A model generated the notes under the pieces. The model was not told the origin of the DNA, searched no databases, and saw only the letters and a list, made by a program, of their open reading frames with translations. Positions 47,553-59,340 of a stretch of DNA of 64,000 bases are shown piece after piece. Both the position numbers and the translations under genes were made by a program. How positions within the stretch are numbered: the stretch's first letter is position 1; every line of letters starts with the position of its first letter. Source of the stretch: Cyanophora paradoxa CCMP329 (Eukaryota; Plantae; Glaucophyta); assembly GCA_004431415.1 (NCBI GenBank), contig QPMI01000692.1, forward strand, positions 62,001-126,000. The letters run 5' to 3'.

Positions 47553-49700
47553 CTACGGCGAGCCGCAGCGGGGGGGCGGGAGCTCGGGGGTCGCCGCCGG
47601 GCTATCCACCGCGGAGCAGACGGAGGCCCCGCGGTCCCGGGAGCGCTGTCCCGGCGCCTCGTCGCTCCCCGCAGGGCTCTCGTCGCCGCTCGACTCAGGA
47701 GACTCCACGGTACCCCCCTCCCGCTCCCGCCCCCGCTCCCGCCACCGCAAGAACGTCGGCGGCGGCGCGGAGGCCGCCGCGGCCGCCGCGGAGCGACCGC
47801 CGCGCTCCTTGTCCCGGGAGCGCGCCCGCCGGTTCTGGAAGTAGATGCGAACCTGCGAGCCGCCGCTAAGAAAAGAAGAAGAGAGAGAAAGAAAGAAAGA
47901 GAAAGGAAGCGGACCTGGTGCTCGCTAATGCCCACGTCGCGGGCAATGGACGCGATCTCGGCCGGGCTGTGCTTGATGCCGTTCCGGTCCTCGTAGTACC
48001 AGTTCAGCTTGGCCTTCTGGTCCTCGGAAAAGAAGATGCGCTTCCGGCCCGCGGCGGGCGCCAGCGCGATCGGGCGGAGGAAGGGGCTCGGCGCGGACGA
48101 AAGCACCCCGTCGGACCCCGAGGTGGGGGGGGACCGGCCGCTCCCCGGCGGCGAGGTCGGGACGATCGCGACGGACGTGAGGTGCAGCGGGATCGGCGAG
48201 ATCGTCTGCGGCGGAGTGAGCACGCGGGAAAGAGAGCGAGGCCGGGCGGAGCCGCACAGTGGGGTCCGTGGGCGAGTCAGCGTCGCGGCCGGTGCCGGAG
48301 TCGGGAGACGTGGAGCGCGGGCGGCACTCCGCGAACTCGCCGTGGCCGTGCAGGAGAACGAGGCGCATGAGGAGCTGCGGAGGCGATGCGGTCAGCGCGG
48401 GCGCATGGAGAACCCGCAGTCTGGCGGCTCTGGCGGCTCGCCTTCTGGCAGGGGTCCTCGAAGGGATCGTCGGAGCGGGGCGCCTCGGCGAGGCGTGCAA
48501 ACGAGGAAGAAACGAAGCGCTGCAGGAGCGTTCCCTCGGAGAGCCCGAGCACGGAGTCGCGCATCGCGCCGAGCCGTTCGGCTGCCCGGCGACGGTCGGC
48601 GGGGAGGGCGGAGCCGGCGCGCATGCGCGGAGCGCACCGAGCTCGGGGACTGGCAGGTTCATCCAGTGCATCGGGGCGGACGTGCTGACGGACTCGTCGC
48701 CGCAGGAATCTTCGCGGCTGTAGCGCTGTCGCTTCCGGGACGAACGGGAACTCCTTTCGCGGTAGACAAAGTCCCTGTCTTCATGCTTCCCGCTGCGTAC
48801 ACTGGCAGGGGCGGATCAGATGTATGCCGTGCGATCGCGTGCGACGGCAGCACAGACCCCTCATAGTAGCTCAGCCGCTCCTTGCGGCCGCTAACTTCGT
48901 ACGGGCTCCCGTCATAGGGCTGACGGCTGGGGACCTGGCGGAGGGTCGCGGAAAGTTAGGTCGTACGAAAGAAACGGAAAGAAAGAGAGCGGCGAACTTC
49001 GCATTCATCATCAAGCTCCTCCATTGCTTCATCGATGTTGTACTCGAAAAGGGGATCTGCGGTGCACCACACTCTTCAGCGATCACATCTGAACTCATAT
49101 TCAACGGACGCCGGAAGACTGACCTTGCGGGGCCTGCGATCGACGCGGCTGCTTGCCAGACCGTCTCATTGAATGATCTAGAGCATCCTGCGGCGAGGAA
49201 TGAGCTCAGCGACTTCCTCCGAACATGCGGGCCTGAAACGTGCGACTGAAGTTCACCTCGTGATACTCGGATTGGACACTCGTCCGCCGAAAAGGTACGT
49301 CATGAAGCATGAGAAGAGCTTCGGCTGCGCAGTCCAACAAGGAAGGCTCCACTTTGGGCTCGCTTCGAAGTGCTGCGTGAGGGGTCAACTCGAGGTCTTG
49401 AACTCGGGCAGCGCCAGGGATCGCCGAGAACTGACCTGTACTGCTGAAAGCATGTCGACCTCCGAAGGCGCAGCTCGACGGCGCTGGCATGTGTACGGCG
49501 GGCATCACGGCCAACATCTGGTTCTCCGTGACTGGAAGTAGAGAGTGGGCAGCGGTCTGACTGACTTCTTCTATCTGAGCGCATGCGCAGAGACGGCGTA
49601 CGTCAGCGCCGGAGGTCGCAGGGCTCGCCGATCGCCGTGGAAGCGAATCGCCGGCAAGGTCGAAGGCGTTCATTGTTGCGACATCGGAGGCCGGGAGCGC
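47553..49700 (-). CDS. Homeodomain protein
   Basis: RKRIFFSEDQKAKL..EIASIARDVGISEHQ/VRIYFQNRRAR with an intron between Q and V. 5' extent uncertain. Confidence 0.8.
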
Positions 49701-51280
49701 GTACTAGGCCGCAAACTAAGTCATTAAGGGCCAGCTCACCTCTTCAGCAACAGCGGCAAGCTCGGAGCACGAGCGAGATCTCCGGAGCGACGAGAGGCAA
49801 TCTCCGGCGGGCAATGGGGCGGTGCTCCGCTAATAAGGGACGAGATGTCGCACGCTAGATGCCGCGCGGCGCCGCCGCTGCCAGGCTGATCAGCCGTCCA
49901 GATCTCCCGCGCGTGCGGCGGCAACTCGCCTTTTGCCGCGTACCCACCTGGAGGCTGGAGCATGCAAGAAAATAACCGCCGATATAATGAAAAACCCAAA
50001 TCCAAGATCATGATTCCATCAAGAAAGCACGTGCTCTGACAGCCTCTGAGCACTGCTCTCGCGCCGAATGGATCCCTCAATCGCGTCACCGTTGGATTGA
50101 GGGCCCGAATAGGCTGCAGCTTGCTGCGGCAGGCTGCGCGCGCGTGCATCCAAATTCCTGCAATTTCGAAATTCGAATTCGCGATCGACGTCACGCGCGA
50201 ACTCGCCGCGAAATCGCGATCGCCGGCGGATTCGCCGCGAACTTGCAATTGCGACTCTCGGAAGTTTGCCATTGTTAAATTGTGCTTAACTTACAAATAA
50301 CTTACAATGATACGTTTTTCCAAGTTGCCGTGAACTCGCGAGACGCTAACGGATTCGAAAAGAAAGCTCCCCGAGGCTGTGAGCCTGTAATCATTGAATG
50401 TCTGTACATCATTCACAGTACATGTACATGTGAGTCTGATGTGACTCCTGTCACGAGTCCTGTGAGCCTGTGAGGCTGTACCGGTACATGTGAGCCTGCA
50501 TGTGAGTATGTGACCCGGGTGAGTCCCGAGTCCGGGCCCCGGGGCCTCGAGCTCCGGCCCCCGGAGTCCGGACTCCGGAGTCCGGCCCTCCGCCGGGCCA
50601 GCGCAAGCTCCGGGTTCGATGCGGCCGGAGGGCGGTCCGGAGGCCCGCCGGACCCGGGCGGGGGATCGATATCTGTACTGCTTCCCGGAGGAGCTCGAGA
50701 TCGATATCCCGGGCCCTTCCCGGCCCCTCCGGCCCAGGCTCCGATCGCGAGTCCGGGCCTCCGGCCCAGGCTCCGGCCCTCCGTTGCATACTGGAGAGCC
50801 AGAAATATTCAGTGGGCTGCATATTTATAGTTCTAAATTAAACGTTTTTGGGCCACCTACTAAACATTTCTCGCCTTCTAAAGCCGAGAATTTAATTTGT
50901 AGGGGAAGCCCCGTCTCCGCCATACAAAAGCCGGCGCCCTGCGAAGTGGCAGTTTTCTACTTATTTTCCTGTACCACATTAACCAGTTCTAGATCTACAG
51001 TATGCAGTGCCATCACTGCCATGCACAGGGCTAGGTGCACGTGGCGCGGGGCATTATATTGGGGGGCTCTAAGTTCTAGCCTAGTAGCTGCAAGCTGATA
51101 TGGGGATTCGCAGAAGGATCCGGACAAGCGGGAGGTCCACAGGGGGACAGCCGGCAGGGGGAGGCCGGGGCCAGAGCGGGATCTAGATCTGGAGCGGGGG
51201 CGGGAGCGGCGCCGGCGGGGGCGTACGCGTCGGCGATTACTCGTGGATTTATAATTAGTAAGGTGGCGCCAGCTGCAGGG

Positions 51281-51560
51281 CCGGCGGCGCGCGAGGGCGT
51301 TATAATTAGGGGCGGGGCCGGGGCCGGGGGCGGGGCGGCCGGCCGCGTTGTCCCGGCGGCGCGCGAGGGCGTTATAATTAGGGGCGGGGCCGGGGCCGGG
51401 GCGGGGCGGCCGGCCGCGTTGTCCCGGCGGCGCGCGAGGGCGTTATAATTAGGGGCGGGGCCGGGGCCGGGGGCGGGGCGGCCGCCGCGTTGTCCCGGCG
51501 GCGCGCGAGGGCGTTATAATTAGGGGCGGGGCCGGGGCCGGGGGCGGGGCGGGGCGGCCG
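51281..51560. repeat. 71-72-bp tandem repeat (4 copies) with TTATAATTA core and GGGGCGGGG boxes
   Basis: Units start at 51281, 51353, 51424, 51495. Confidence 0.9.
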
Positions 51561-53073
51561 GGCAAGGGCGGCGGTGTCTACGTATACGTGGCGAGCCTCG
51601 GAGCGGCGGCGGCGGCCAAGCGCGGCGCCGGCGGCTGCGGGGACTACGTATACGATCGCGAGGTCCCGGGCCGGGTGCGCCCAGTTTATAATTAAGTCCG
51701 ATCCGGCGGCCGCATCTCGCTGGGTAGGCGGGCGGGTCCGCGGATGCGAGCTAGTGTACGTATACGAAGACTCTCATAGTATAGCTAGTCAGAGTAAGTC
51801 AGAGTATAATTAATATTAAGGCAGCTAGCTATAGGATCCCAAAGCTTAAGGGCTCGGCCAGGGCGATAGATCTAGATCTAGAGAGAAGGCCAGCGAGAAG
51901 CAGGACCGGAGAAAATGGGACGCACCCCCCGGGGCGAGGCTGGCCACCGTCGGGAGGAGGGCGAGGAAAAGAAAAGAGAACAATTGCAAAACAAGCGGAG
52001 AGATTAGGCCGAGGGCCCGGCCCGGGGTTCGGCGGATGGCACGTCGTTCGAACGCCGTCCACCCGCGCGCGCGCGCCTCGCAGTGAATGAGTGGTAATTT
52101 GGGAACTGCGGGGCGGGCGTGATCATGATCATGAGGCCCGGGCAGGTGACGCGAAAGACGCGCAATGCGGGGTGATGTCCCTTTGCTCGACCGTAAAAAA
52201 CAACGTTGACCTTGAATTGACTTTGTGATCATGAGATCATGATCAATCGTTTCGATATCGATATCGTGTAGCTGCCCCGGACCGCCCCGCGACTCGGCGA
52301 GCTCGAGGTGGCGCACTACGACATCAATCCCCAGAGCCCCGTGGCAGCCGCCGACATCGCCTTTGCAATTGGGATCCTTTTTCACGCCACGGTTTCGCGC
52401 TGGTTTGAATTTCGGGGGCACATGTACATGTACAGCGCTAGTGCGCGCCGCCTTTCAGCCGGCAAGGGCCGGGCCCCGCGAGCAACGCCGCCGCCACGAG
52501 CAGGGGCCGCGGCCACGAGCAGGGGCCGCGGCCGGGGATGCTGGGGGGGGGGGGGGGAATACATGCCCCGACTTGCAATATTAATTGAGATCTGAGCTAT
52601 AGACGCCGACAGACTGAAAGCTTACCTTAGTAAAGTTTGCAATTGCGCACGGAGTCTCAGGGGCTCCCCGGAGTCTCAGAGTCGTGCGCGCGCGAGAGAG
52701 GTCCGACATGTACTAGTGTACACTGTGACAGCCGTTGCTCAGCGGCTGGCCATGGCGTCGATCGCGTCGCGCCGCCGCCGTCGACGTTGTTGGCTATAAT
52801 TAATAAACGGTCGGCCGGCGCCGTACGCGTACGCGCGCCTGCCACTAGTACTAGCTAGCGCTGTATATACGTGGGCCTTTGTGAAGCGTTGAGCTCTCGA
52901 GCTTGCCCCTTCGCTGTCAATGCATTGTTAACCCTCGGAGGTTGCATGAGTCACGCGTCGCGGAGGTTTGGGTGTTATATTGCGATCAGGTACACGCTGC
53001 ACTAACAGGGGGGCTAGCACTAACCGACGCGGGGAGTAACAGCCGGTGTACCCCTCGGGGGGCCTCCCGGCCT

Positions 53074-53856
53074 CTAACGATGCTCAGGCTCTAACTGAAT
53101 GCTGTACCCCCCGCTGTTACTGCCCGAACCTTCCGAACTTGCGTAATTCGGCCTCGCCCTGTACCCAGTGGCTGGTGTCGTCCATCCATTCGCGTACCTC
53201 CCTCTGACGCTTGAGTGACTCACGCTGCTCGGGGGTAGGGGAGGGGGGGCCTTCGAGGCGGGGTGGGAAGGGGGTACGGTGGCAAAATTCAGCCACTCGG
53301 GGGGTATGCCGAATTCGCCGTGAACGATCCTCTGCGGTGTGAAATACCGGTCGCTGCTCACGGCCAAGTGGAAGAACGCGCTCCTGAGCCCGGAGAGGAA
53401 GCGTGGTTGCATGAATGGCTGCTGGAGGGACTCGTCGCGCCAGGGGGCTACGAAATCAATGATACGCTGCTGTACCTGCGCGGGCAGGGCAAGGATCTGG
53501 CTCTTGCGGTTCGCAAAGGCCGTCCACAGCGCTTGCAGGTCGGCCCAATCGCCGTTCAGATCCCTGCGTTCGCGCCTCAGGTACGATCTCGGGTTCTCTG
53601 TCATACCCATCAAGCCCGCGGCCCTGATCATCTCCCTGTCCGGGAGCTCTCGCTCGTCGTGGAATTCGTCTCTAATCCAGCGCACAAGGTAGAGCACGCG
53701 CTCCATGAAGTTCTCCGCCGGCGAGCCGCCCCCTGAGGACGTGCGCCTCCCCTCCAGCACTGCGTTCGCATCCTCCAAGTCCACGTTCCGCTGTCGAATC
53801 TCCCCGTCCAGGTCGCCGTTGTTGTACAGCACGTCGGACTCGCGTGTTCGCGCCAT
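53074..53856 (-). CDS. Hypothetical protein, paralog of adjacent gene, F-box-like LP..VQ..I motif
   Basis: ADLQALWTAFANRKSQILALPAQVQQRIIDF. Confidence 0.6.
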   Translation of the reverse strand: MARTRESDVLYNNGDLDGEIRQRNVDLEDANAVLEGRRTSSGGGSPAENFMERVLYLVRWIRDEFHDERELPDREMIRAAGLMGMTENPRSYLRRERRDLNGDWADLQALWTAFANRKSQILALPAQVQQRIIDFVAPWRDESLQQPFMQPRFLSGLRSAFFHLAVSSDRYFTPQRIVHGEFGIPPEWLNFATVPPSHPASKAPPPLPPSSVSHSSVRGRYANGWTTPATGYRARPNYASSEGSGSNSGGYSIQLEPEHR

Positions 53857-53890
53857 GCTCGCGGCTCGGTGAGAATTTATACCTGTACCC

Positions 53891-54619
53891 CTACTCGCGG
53901 TCGGGGTATCGAGGGCCTGGCAGCCTCGCGCGCTTCCGCAGCTCGGCCTCGTCTGGCGACCAGCTCGTCGGATCATTGCTGTACTCCATCCACCTGCGAA
54001 TCTGACCCTCCCGCAGTATCTCTTGGCGCTGCTCCGCCGTGGGCGCCGGTGGGCCGTACGGTGGGCCGGCAGGCGTCAGTTTTCTATACTTGTATCTCTT
54101 GAACCGTTCTTCCATATTGTCTTGTTCTTCGTCCCATCCTTCAGGGATCAAATCCGATGGGGGACATAGGGTACCACCCATTCATCTTCCTTGTTTTTGG
54201 CGTGGTGAACGAAGCCTTGGAAGTAGTGCTTCAAAATATTGAGCGGGCGATTGATGATCTCCGTGCGAGTGCCCGCATTCAGGAAGAGATCCAGTATAAC
54301 TCTCTGAACGTCTTGGGGCAGGTAGGTCATGGGGCTCTTGCGCGAGCCGAACGCCCACCAGAGCTTGCGAAGTTCATCGCGAACCCTGCCCATGTCGTCC
54401 CTGTGTTCGATTTCGTACACCGGCGGCTCATACGTTCGGATGTCTACCCTGGACCGAGGCCTCTGCGTGCCACATCGCGCAAATACGTCGCAGCCATGCC
54501 CCGTCTCGCATTGTATTGGGGATCTCTTCTTTCACCCAGCCGATCAGCCCGTTTACCTGCTTAGTGTAATCTCGGATGTACCCCGATAGCGGTGGGAGGG
54601 TAGTCTGATTATCAGACAT
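53891..54619 (-). pseudogene. Hypothetical protein (two frameshifts), paralog of 53074-53856
   Basis: Three adjoining ORF pieces. DELRKLWWAFGSRKSPMTYLPQDVQRVILDL. Confidence 0.55.
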
Positions 54620-54669
54620 ATGCATTCGCACACATCAAGAAATTCTAAACGCTACTGCGAGGCTAAGCT

Positions 54670-55334
54670 ATGCATACCGATACAGATTGCGAGACTTGCG
54701 AGAACTTACAACAGGGGAGCGCGGCGTGGCACGCGGCGCGCCGTGAAAAACTAACTGCATCTAATTTTGCGGCTGCGTGCGGTATAAACCCTGGAAATCC
54801 AGGGCCCGCCTGTGGGCGGAGCTAAGCGGGATAGCGGAGGAAAACAACTTTGACAACCCTGCCCTAACCTACGGGCATGACTATGAGCCCTTCGCGGTCT
54901 CTCTCTACAAAACGTTGAACAATAACGTGGACGTGCAACATACTGGATTGCACGAACATAAGGAACTGCCCTTCCTGGCGGGGAGCCCGGACGGGCTAAT
55001 CGGAAACGATCGCATACTCGAAATAAAATGTCCGTACAAACAAGAACTCTACGACAAGGTTCCTACCTATTACATGACGCAGCTGCAAGGACTTTTAGAC
55101 ATAACGGGCCGCGAGTGGGCCGAACTTTTTTGCTTCACGCCTCTGCGCGTGCGAACGTGGTACGTCAGACGGGACGAGAGGTACATTCAGCTCATGCGGC
55201 GGTGCTTACATCTATTTTGGTCGCACGTGAAGGCTGGAACTCCGCCCGAGCCCTACAGCGATCGAATGAAGTCAGAGAACCTCAGCGAGGAGCAGGCGGC
55301 GCTGCGCGAGTTTAAGTTGTACGCCCTCCTCTAG
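54670..55334 (+). CDS. YqaJ-like viral recombinase / lambda-type exonuclease (1-nt frameshift near 54790)
   Basis: QGSAAWHAARREKLTASNF, YGHDYEP, FLAGSPDGLI, LEIKCPY, YYMTQLQGLL. Confidence 0.92.
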
Positions 55335-55566
55335 TGTCTCGACCCTCTCAGATATTAATTTAAAGATCTGGGAGGGTCGGGACACGTCTCTTGGTCAGAC
55401 TACTTATGTACGCCCTCCTCTAGTGTCTCGACCCTCTCAGATATTAATTTAAAGATCTGGGAGGGTCGGGACACGTCTCTTGGTCAGACTACTTATGTAC
55501 GCCTCCCTCCTCTAGTGTCCGGACCTTTCCAATAATCTATAAAGAAAGTAGGGAGGGTCCGGACAC
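55334..55566 (+). repeat. Three tandem copies (~89-bp period) of a 52-bp palindrome with AT-rich core
   Basis: GTGTCTCGACCCTCTCAGAT-ATTAATTTAAAG-ATCTGGGAGGGTCGGGACAC at 55334 and 55423; divergent copy at 55515. Confidence 0.93.
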
Positions 55567-55861
55567 GTCTCTTGGTCGGACTCACCGTAGCTTGGTGTAG
55601 CTCAGGCCCAGGCGGGGAAGGCGAGTCTGCAATGAATCAGACCCCACAGGATTTGGTTGAGCTGCTCTTTGCAGGGGGGCAGGAAGGCGGCCGCAGAGGG
55701 CTAGGGAGACTAGATCTAATTAGTAATCCCACACCGCGCATGTGCAAGCGACAGAGAACGAAGTGAGTAAATGCAGATCGATGATACGGCAATCATGAGT
55801 TGTTCAGAAAAGGTCGGGACACATAGAGAGTGCATGCCCTCACTCTCGTCCGCCCTCGCAA

Positions 55862-55911
55862 TGTCCCGACCCTCCCAGATCTTTAAATTAATATCTCAAA
55901 AGGTCGAGACA
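55862..55911 (-). repeat. Inverted copy of the same palindrome
   Basis: TGTCCCGACCCTCCCAGAT-CTTTAAATTAAT-ATCTCAAAAGGTCGAGACA. Confidence 0.92.
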
Positions 55912-56012
55912 TTCATTGATCATATGCATGACGTCACTTGAATTCGCACGTTCGTATTTACACACTGGCACGCGCATCCCGTTCGCGAAGTCCACACTGT
56001 GACATCCGACAA

Positions 56013-59000
56013 TCACACGCGCCTGTGAATGAGAGCATAGCAGTCGGAGAAAACGTTGTAAACCTCTGGGAAGCTTGGCGCCATGCCTGCCCTTGCCTGC
56101 TTAGCCTGGCGCTCTACTGCGTCGTCGAGCATGTCTTCCTCCCACGTGATGTAGCGTCGCTTTCGGCTGCCCATTTGCCCTCCGTCCGCGTCGGAGAAAG
56201 CGCGTCTCACTCCGAGGTACTTCTCCAGCAGGTACTTGATGACTTGCCAAGACTGCTGCGAGAGCCGCTTCTTCTCACCGTCCGCTGCATCGAAGCGGGG
56301 CGCGCGCTCGTCCAGACTCTGCAGAGCCGCGTACGCCTCCCGACCTCCGGCGACGCCAGGGCCGCGTAGGCTTCGTCCGACCACAGAGCACGCCCCGCGA
56401 GCTTTCCATACCCCGCCAGCCGAAGAGTTTCTTGAACAGCGCGACGACCTTCGATACCTTGAGGCGCTCAGCAGTAGGCACGATCTCGGCAACGTCCGCG
56501 CCATGCTTCAGCACCAGCGTGACCACGGCAGTGAGCGGGATGGAGTAGAACGAATCCACATCCAGGCGACGTCTCCTTCGGTCAGCTCGCTCGGATCCTT
56601 GGCCAGGAACGCGGCGATCGACGTGCGAGCAAGCGAAGCAACCTTCTCGATGTCCAGCTTAGCGAGAGACTCGCGGACTGCCTCCAGGCCAGCACCGTGC
56701 TCCACAGATCGACGGGCTCCAGCGCGCCCGCCTCCAGCACGCTCCTGATCTCGCGCAGCCGCTGCTCCTTCTCCTGCTTCGGTCCGCTCGGGTTTTGATC
56801 CTCCGTGACTTGCACGTTCATCAGCGCGCAGGTCGACATCAGCCGCAGGCGCGCTGCCACTGCGAGGCGCCGAGTGGGCATGCCGGCGCGGCGGCTCCCG
56901 CGGTGGCTAGCCTTCAGGTCCAGGTAGCGCTGCATGTCGTCCGAGCTCTCGTCGTCGTCGCTCTCACGCCAGTGCGCAGCGCCGCGCCGACCGCAACCGA
57001 GGGCGTCCGGTTCTTGCGCACGGCGACGAGCAGGTGCTCCCCGTCGGGCGTGCTGCGTTTGCGCAGCCTTCTGACTCGAAACAGCAGCTGCACGATGTCG
57101 TCCGCCTCCAGCTGCGCGGGCTCTGCCTGGAACACGCCGTAGACCTTGTCAAAGTGCGCGTCCGAAAAGTCCACGCCTGCCCGAGCGCGGAAGTTGCGAT
57201 GAGCACGTCGCAGGCCTTGTACGCGCCCTCCTCAGACACATCGATCGACACGATGCGCACTGGGCCGTCGTTCGTGAAGCGCACGCTCTTCTCCTTGGCC
57301 TGCCCAACGATGAGCCCGATCGTGAACGGTGCGCCGCTGCCGTCCTCGGGCCCTGCCTCGAGCTGAGTCACGTACTGAGCGCCGCCAGGCTGAGCTGCTC
57401 CAGCGCCTGCTTCGCAATCTTCTCCTGCATCTCGATCGCCTTGGCCGGCGTCTCTGCAATGATCATCGCCCGGCAGCGCCCGGTCTGCACAGCGCCATGA
57501 TGTCCGCCTCGACGTGCGCCGGGCTGTCTGACACGCGCATCTTCCAGTCGCAGGTGCGATGCGAGTTGTACAGGAGCCCCAGGCGCGCCCCGACCTCCTG
57601 CGCCGACTCTGCCAGGTACGCGAGATCGACCGACCGAACGAAGCCGTCCATCGCCACGATGCGCGATGCCTTCATCACGCCGCGCCATAGGCCCACGCAG
57701 CGCGCGTTTCGAGGCACTGACCGCATACCTAGGTGCAGGCCGGTGGGCTCGAGGGTGCCGCTCGAGGTGAGGTGCTTCGTGAGGGAGGAGAGCTCGTCCA
57801 GCACGACCAGTAGCGGCGCCGTCGACCAGCCCTCCCAGTCCTCGAGCACCTTGTGCAGCGAGTCCATGTGATGACGACGCACCTGCACTCCTCATGGCGG
57901 AAGCCCACTTGCCATGCGATCCCTTTGAGCTCTCCGGTGGCTTCTTGATGTCCATGTAAAGCACGGCGTCCTTTGACAACTCCGCAGCATCAATGCGACG
58001 CTTGAGGTCGCGGGAGAAGGCCCGGCGGCAAGTCACGAGGATCACTCGCCAGCCGCCTGCAAGGGCCGGGTCCAGGTACGCATCGATCAGCGCCTGCGTC
58101 TTCCCGTGTTGAGTCCGAGCAGATGACGTCGACCTGCGGCTGAGCGGATCTCGGGTTCTGCTCCAGCGCCCCGAATGCGGAGGTAAGGATCTTGCACGAG
58201 AGGTGGCGTTCATCCACTGCATTGACGCAAGCCTCCAGGCCCGTCGACTCGAGCGCGATCAGGAGGGAGGGGAGGGCAATGTCGAAGGCGACAGGCTGCG
58301 AGGGATCGGTCACATAGCGGGTCTGTGCCACGCTGCCCGACTCCCTCCGGTCCCTCCCCTCGAGCTCGACTTCAATACCGTGCGCCTGGATGGAGATTCG
58401 AGCCGCCGGCGCCCCCGGCTGACTCCCGCCCAGGACGAGGGTGATGGACCCGTCGGGCTCGACTCCAAGGTGCTGAACGCGGCGGGCGTCGTGCAGGCCA
58501 AGGTCCGCGCGCAGCTCTGCCCCGCCTTCCAGATCTCGTCCTCACCGCCTTGTTCTTGCGCAGGCGGTCCAGGAGCCGCTCCAAGGCCGGCAGGCTTGGG
58601 CTCGAATCCAGGAGAGCGCCCGGCTCCGGGATGGGCTTAGCGCGGGGCGCCGAGCTTCTGGATGGAGTGGGGAGGAGCTCCGCTCGCGGCCCGGGCGCCG
58701 GCCCCGCAGAACGTAGCCCCCGTGCATCCACACCGAGCTCCAGGCCGCTCGAGCTCCCAAAGAACCATGCATGAGATCGCAAGCCTCCGGGCTCTGTAGG
58801 ACGTAGGCAGCCTTGAATCCATTATCCAAGGGGCGAGAGAAAGTGAAGCCTCCGAACTTGGTTGCAAAGGCGCAGGCTGCCGCGGTGCTCGTCTCATCCT
58901 CGGCACCCGAGAAGTGGCTGGGGGTGATGCAGGGCGGGTGGAAGACGCAGAAAGCCGTCCCCAGGGTCGGGCTGCAGGCCTTCTGGACTTCGACGAGAGG

Positions 59001-59113
59001 GAATCGAACGAAAAAGCTGCACTCCTGCTCGCTCAGATCTATCTGCTGTACCCCGGGCCGGGCATACGGGCCAGGAAGGCGTCGACGTCGAGAGACACGC
59101 GTCCGGTTGCCAT
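56013..59113 (-). pseudogene. Herpes UL9/NCLDV-type replication origin-binding protein (SF2 helicase), multiple frameshifts
   Basis: Ordered motifs across frames: VICSD..TGKT, VILVTCRRAFS, MDSLHKV, LVVLDELSSLTKHL, RIVAMDG, VLIATSALG-xG-VDF, IVQLLFRVRRL. Start codon uncertain. Confidence 0.82.
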
Positions 59114-59203
59114 GGTCGTCTCTCTATAGCTAGGCTTGGAAAATTCTAGATCTACTAGGCTAGTCAACGTCTGTTGGCTAGCTATAGTCGACGTCTGGAC
59201 TGC

Positions 59204-59340
59204 TGTCTCGACCTTCTGAGATATTAATTTAAAGATCTGGGAGGGTCGGGACAGGCTCTGGTCCGTCTGGATCCGGACTGCTCAGCGGCTGTCTCGACCT
59301 TCTGAGATATTAATTTAAAGATCTGGGAGGGTCGGGACAG
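59204..59340 (+). repeat. Two further copies of the palindrome (86-bp period) upstream of the helicase
   Basis: TGTCTCGACCTTCTGAGAT-ATTAATTTAAAG-ATCTGGGAGGGTCGGGACAG at 59204 and 59290. Confidence 0.93.

Noticed and set aside
51846-52421. 191-aa minus-strand ORF
   Set aside because: No recognisable motif and it runs into low-complexity sequence; cannot assign.
55320-55570. Possible CRISPR-like array
   Set aside because: Intervening sequences are identical rather than unique spacers, there are no cas genes, and the context is eukaryotic.
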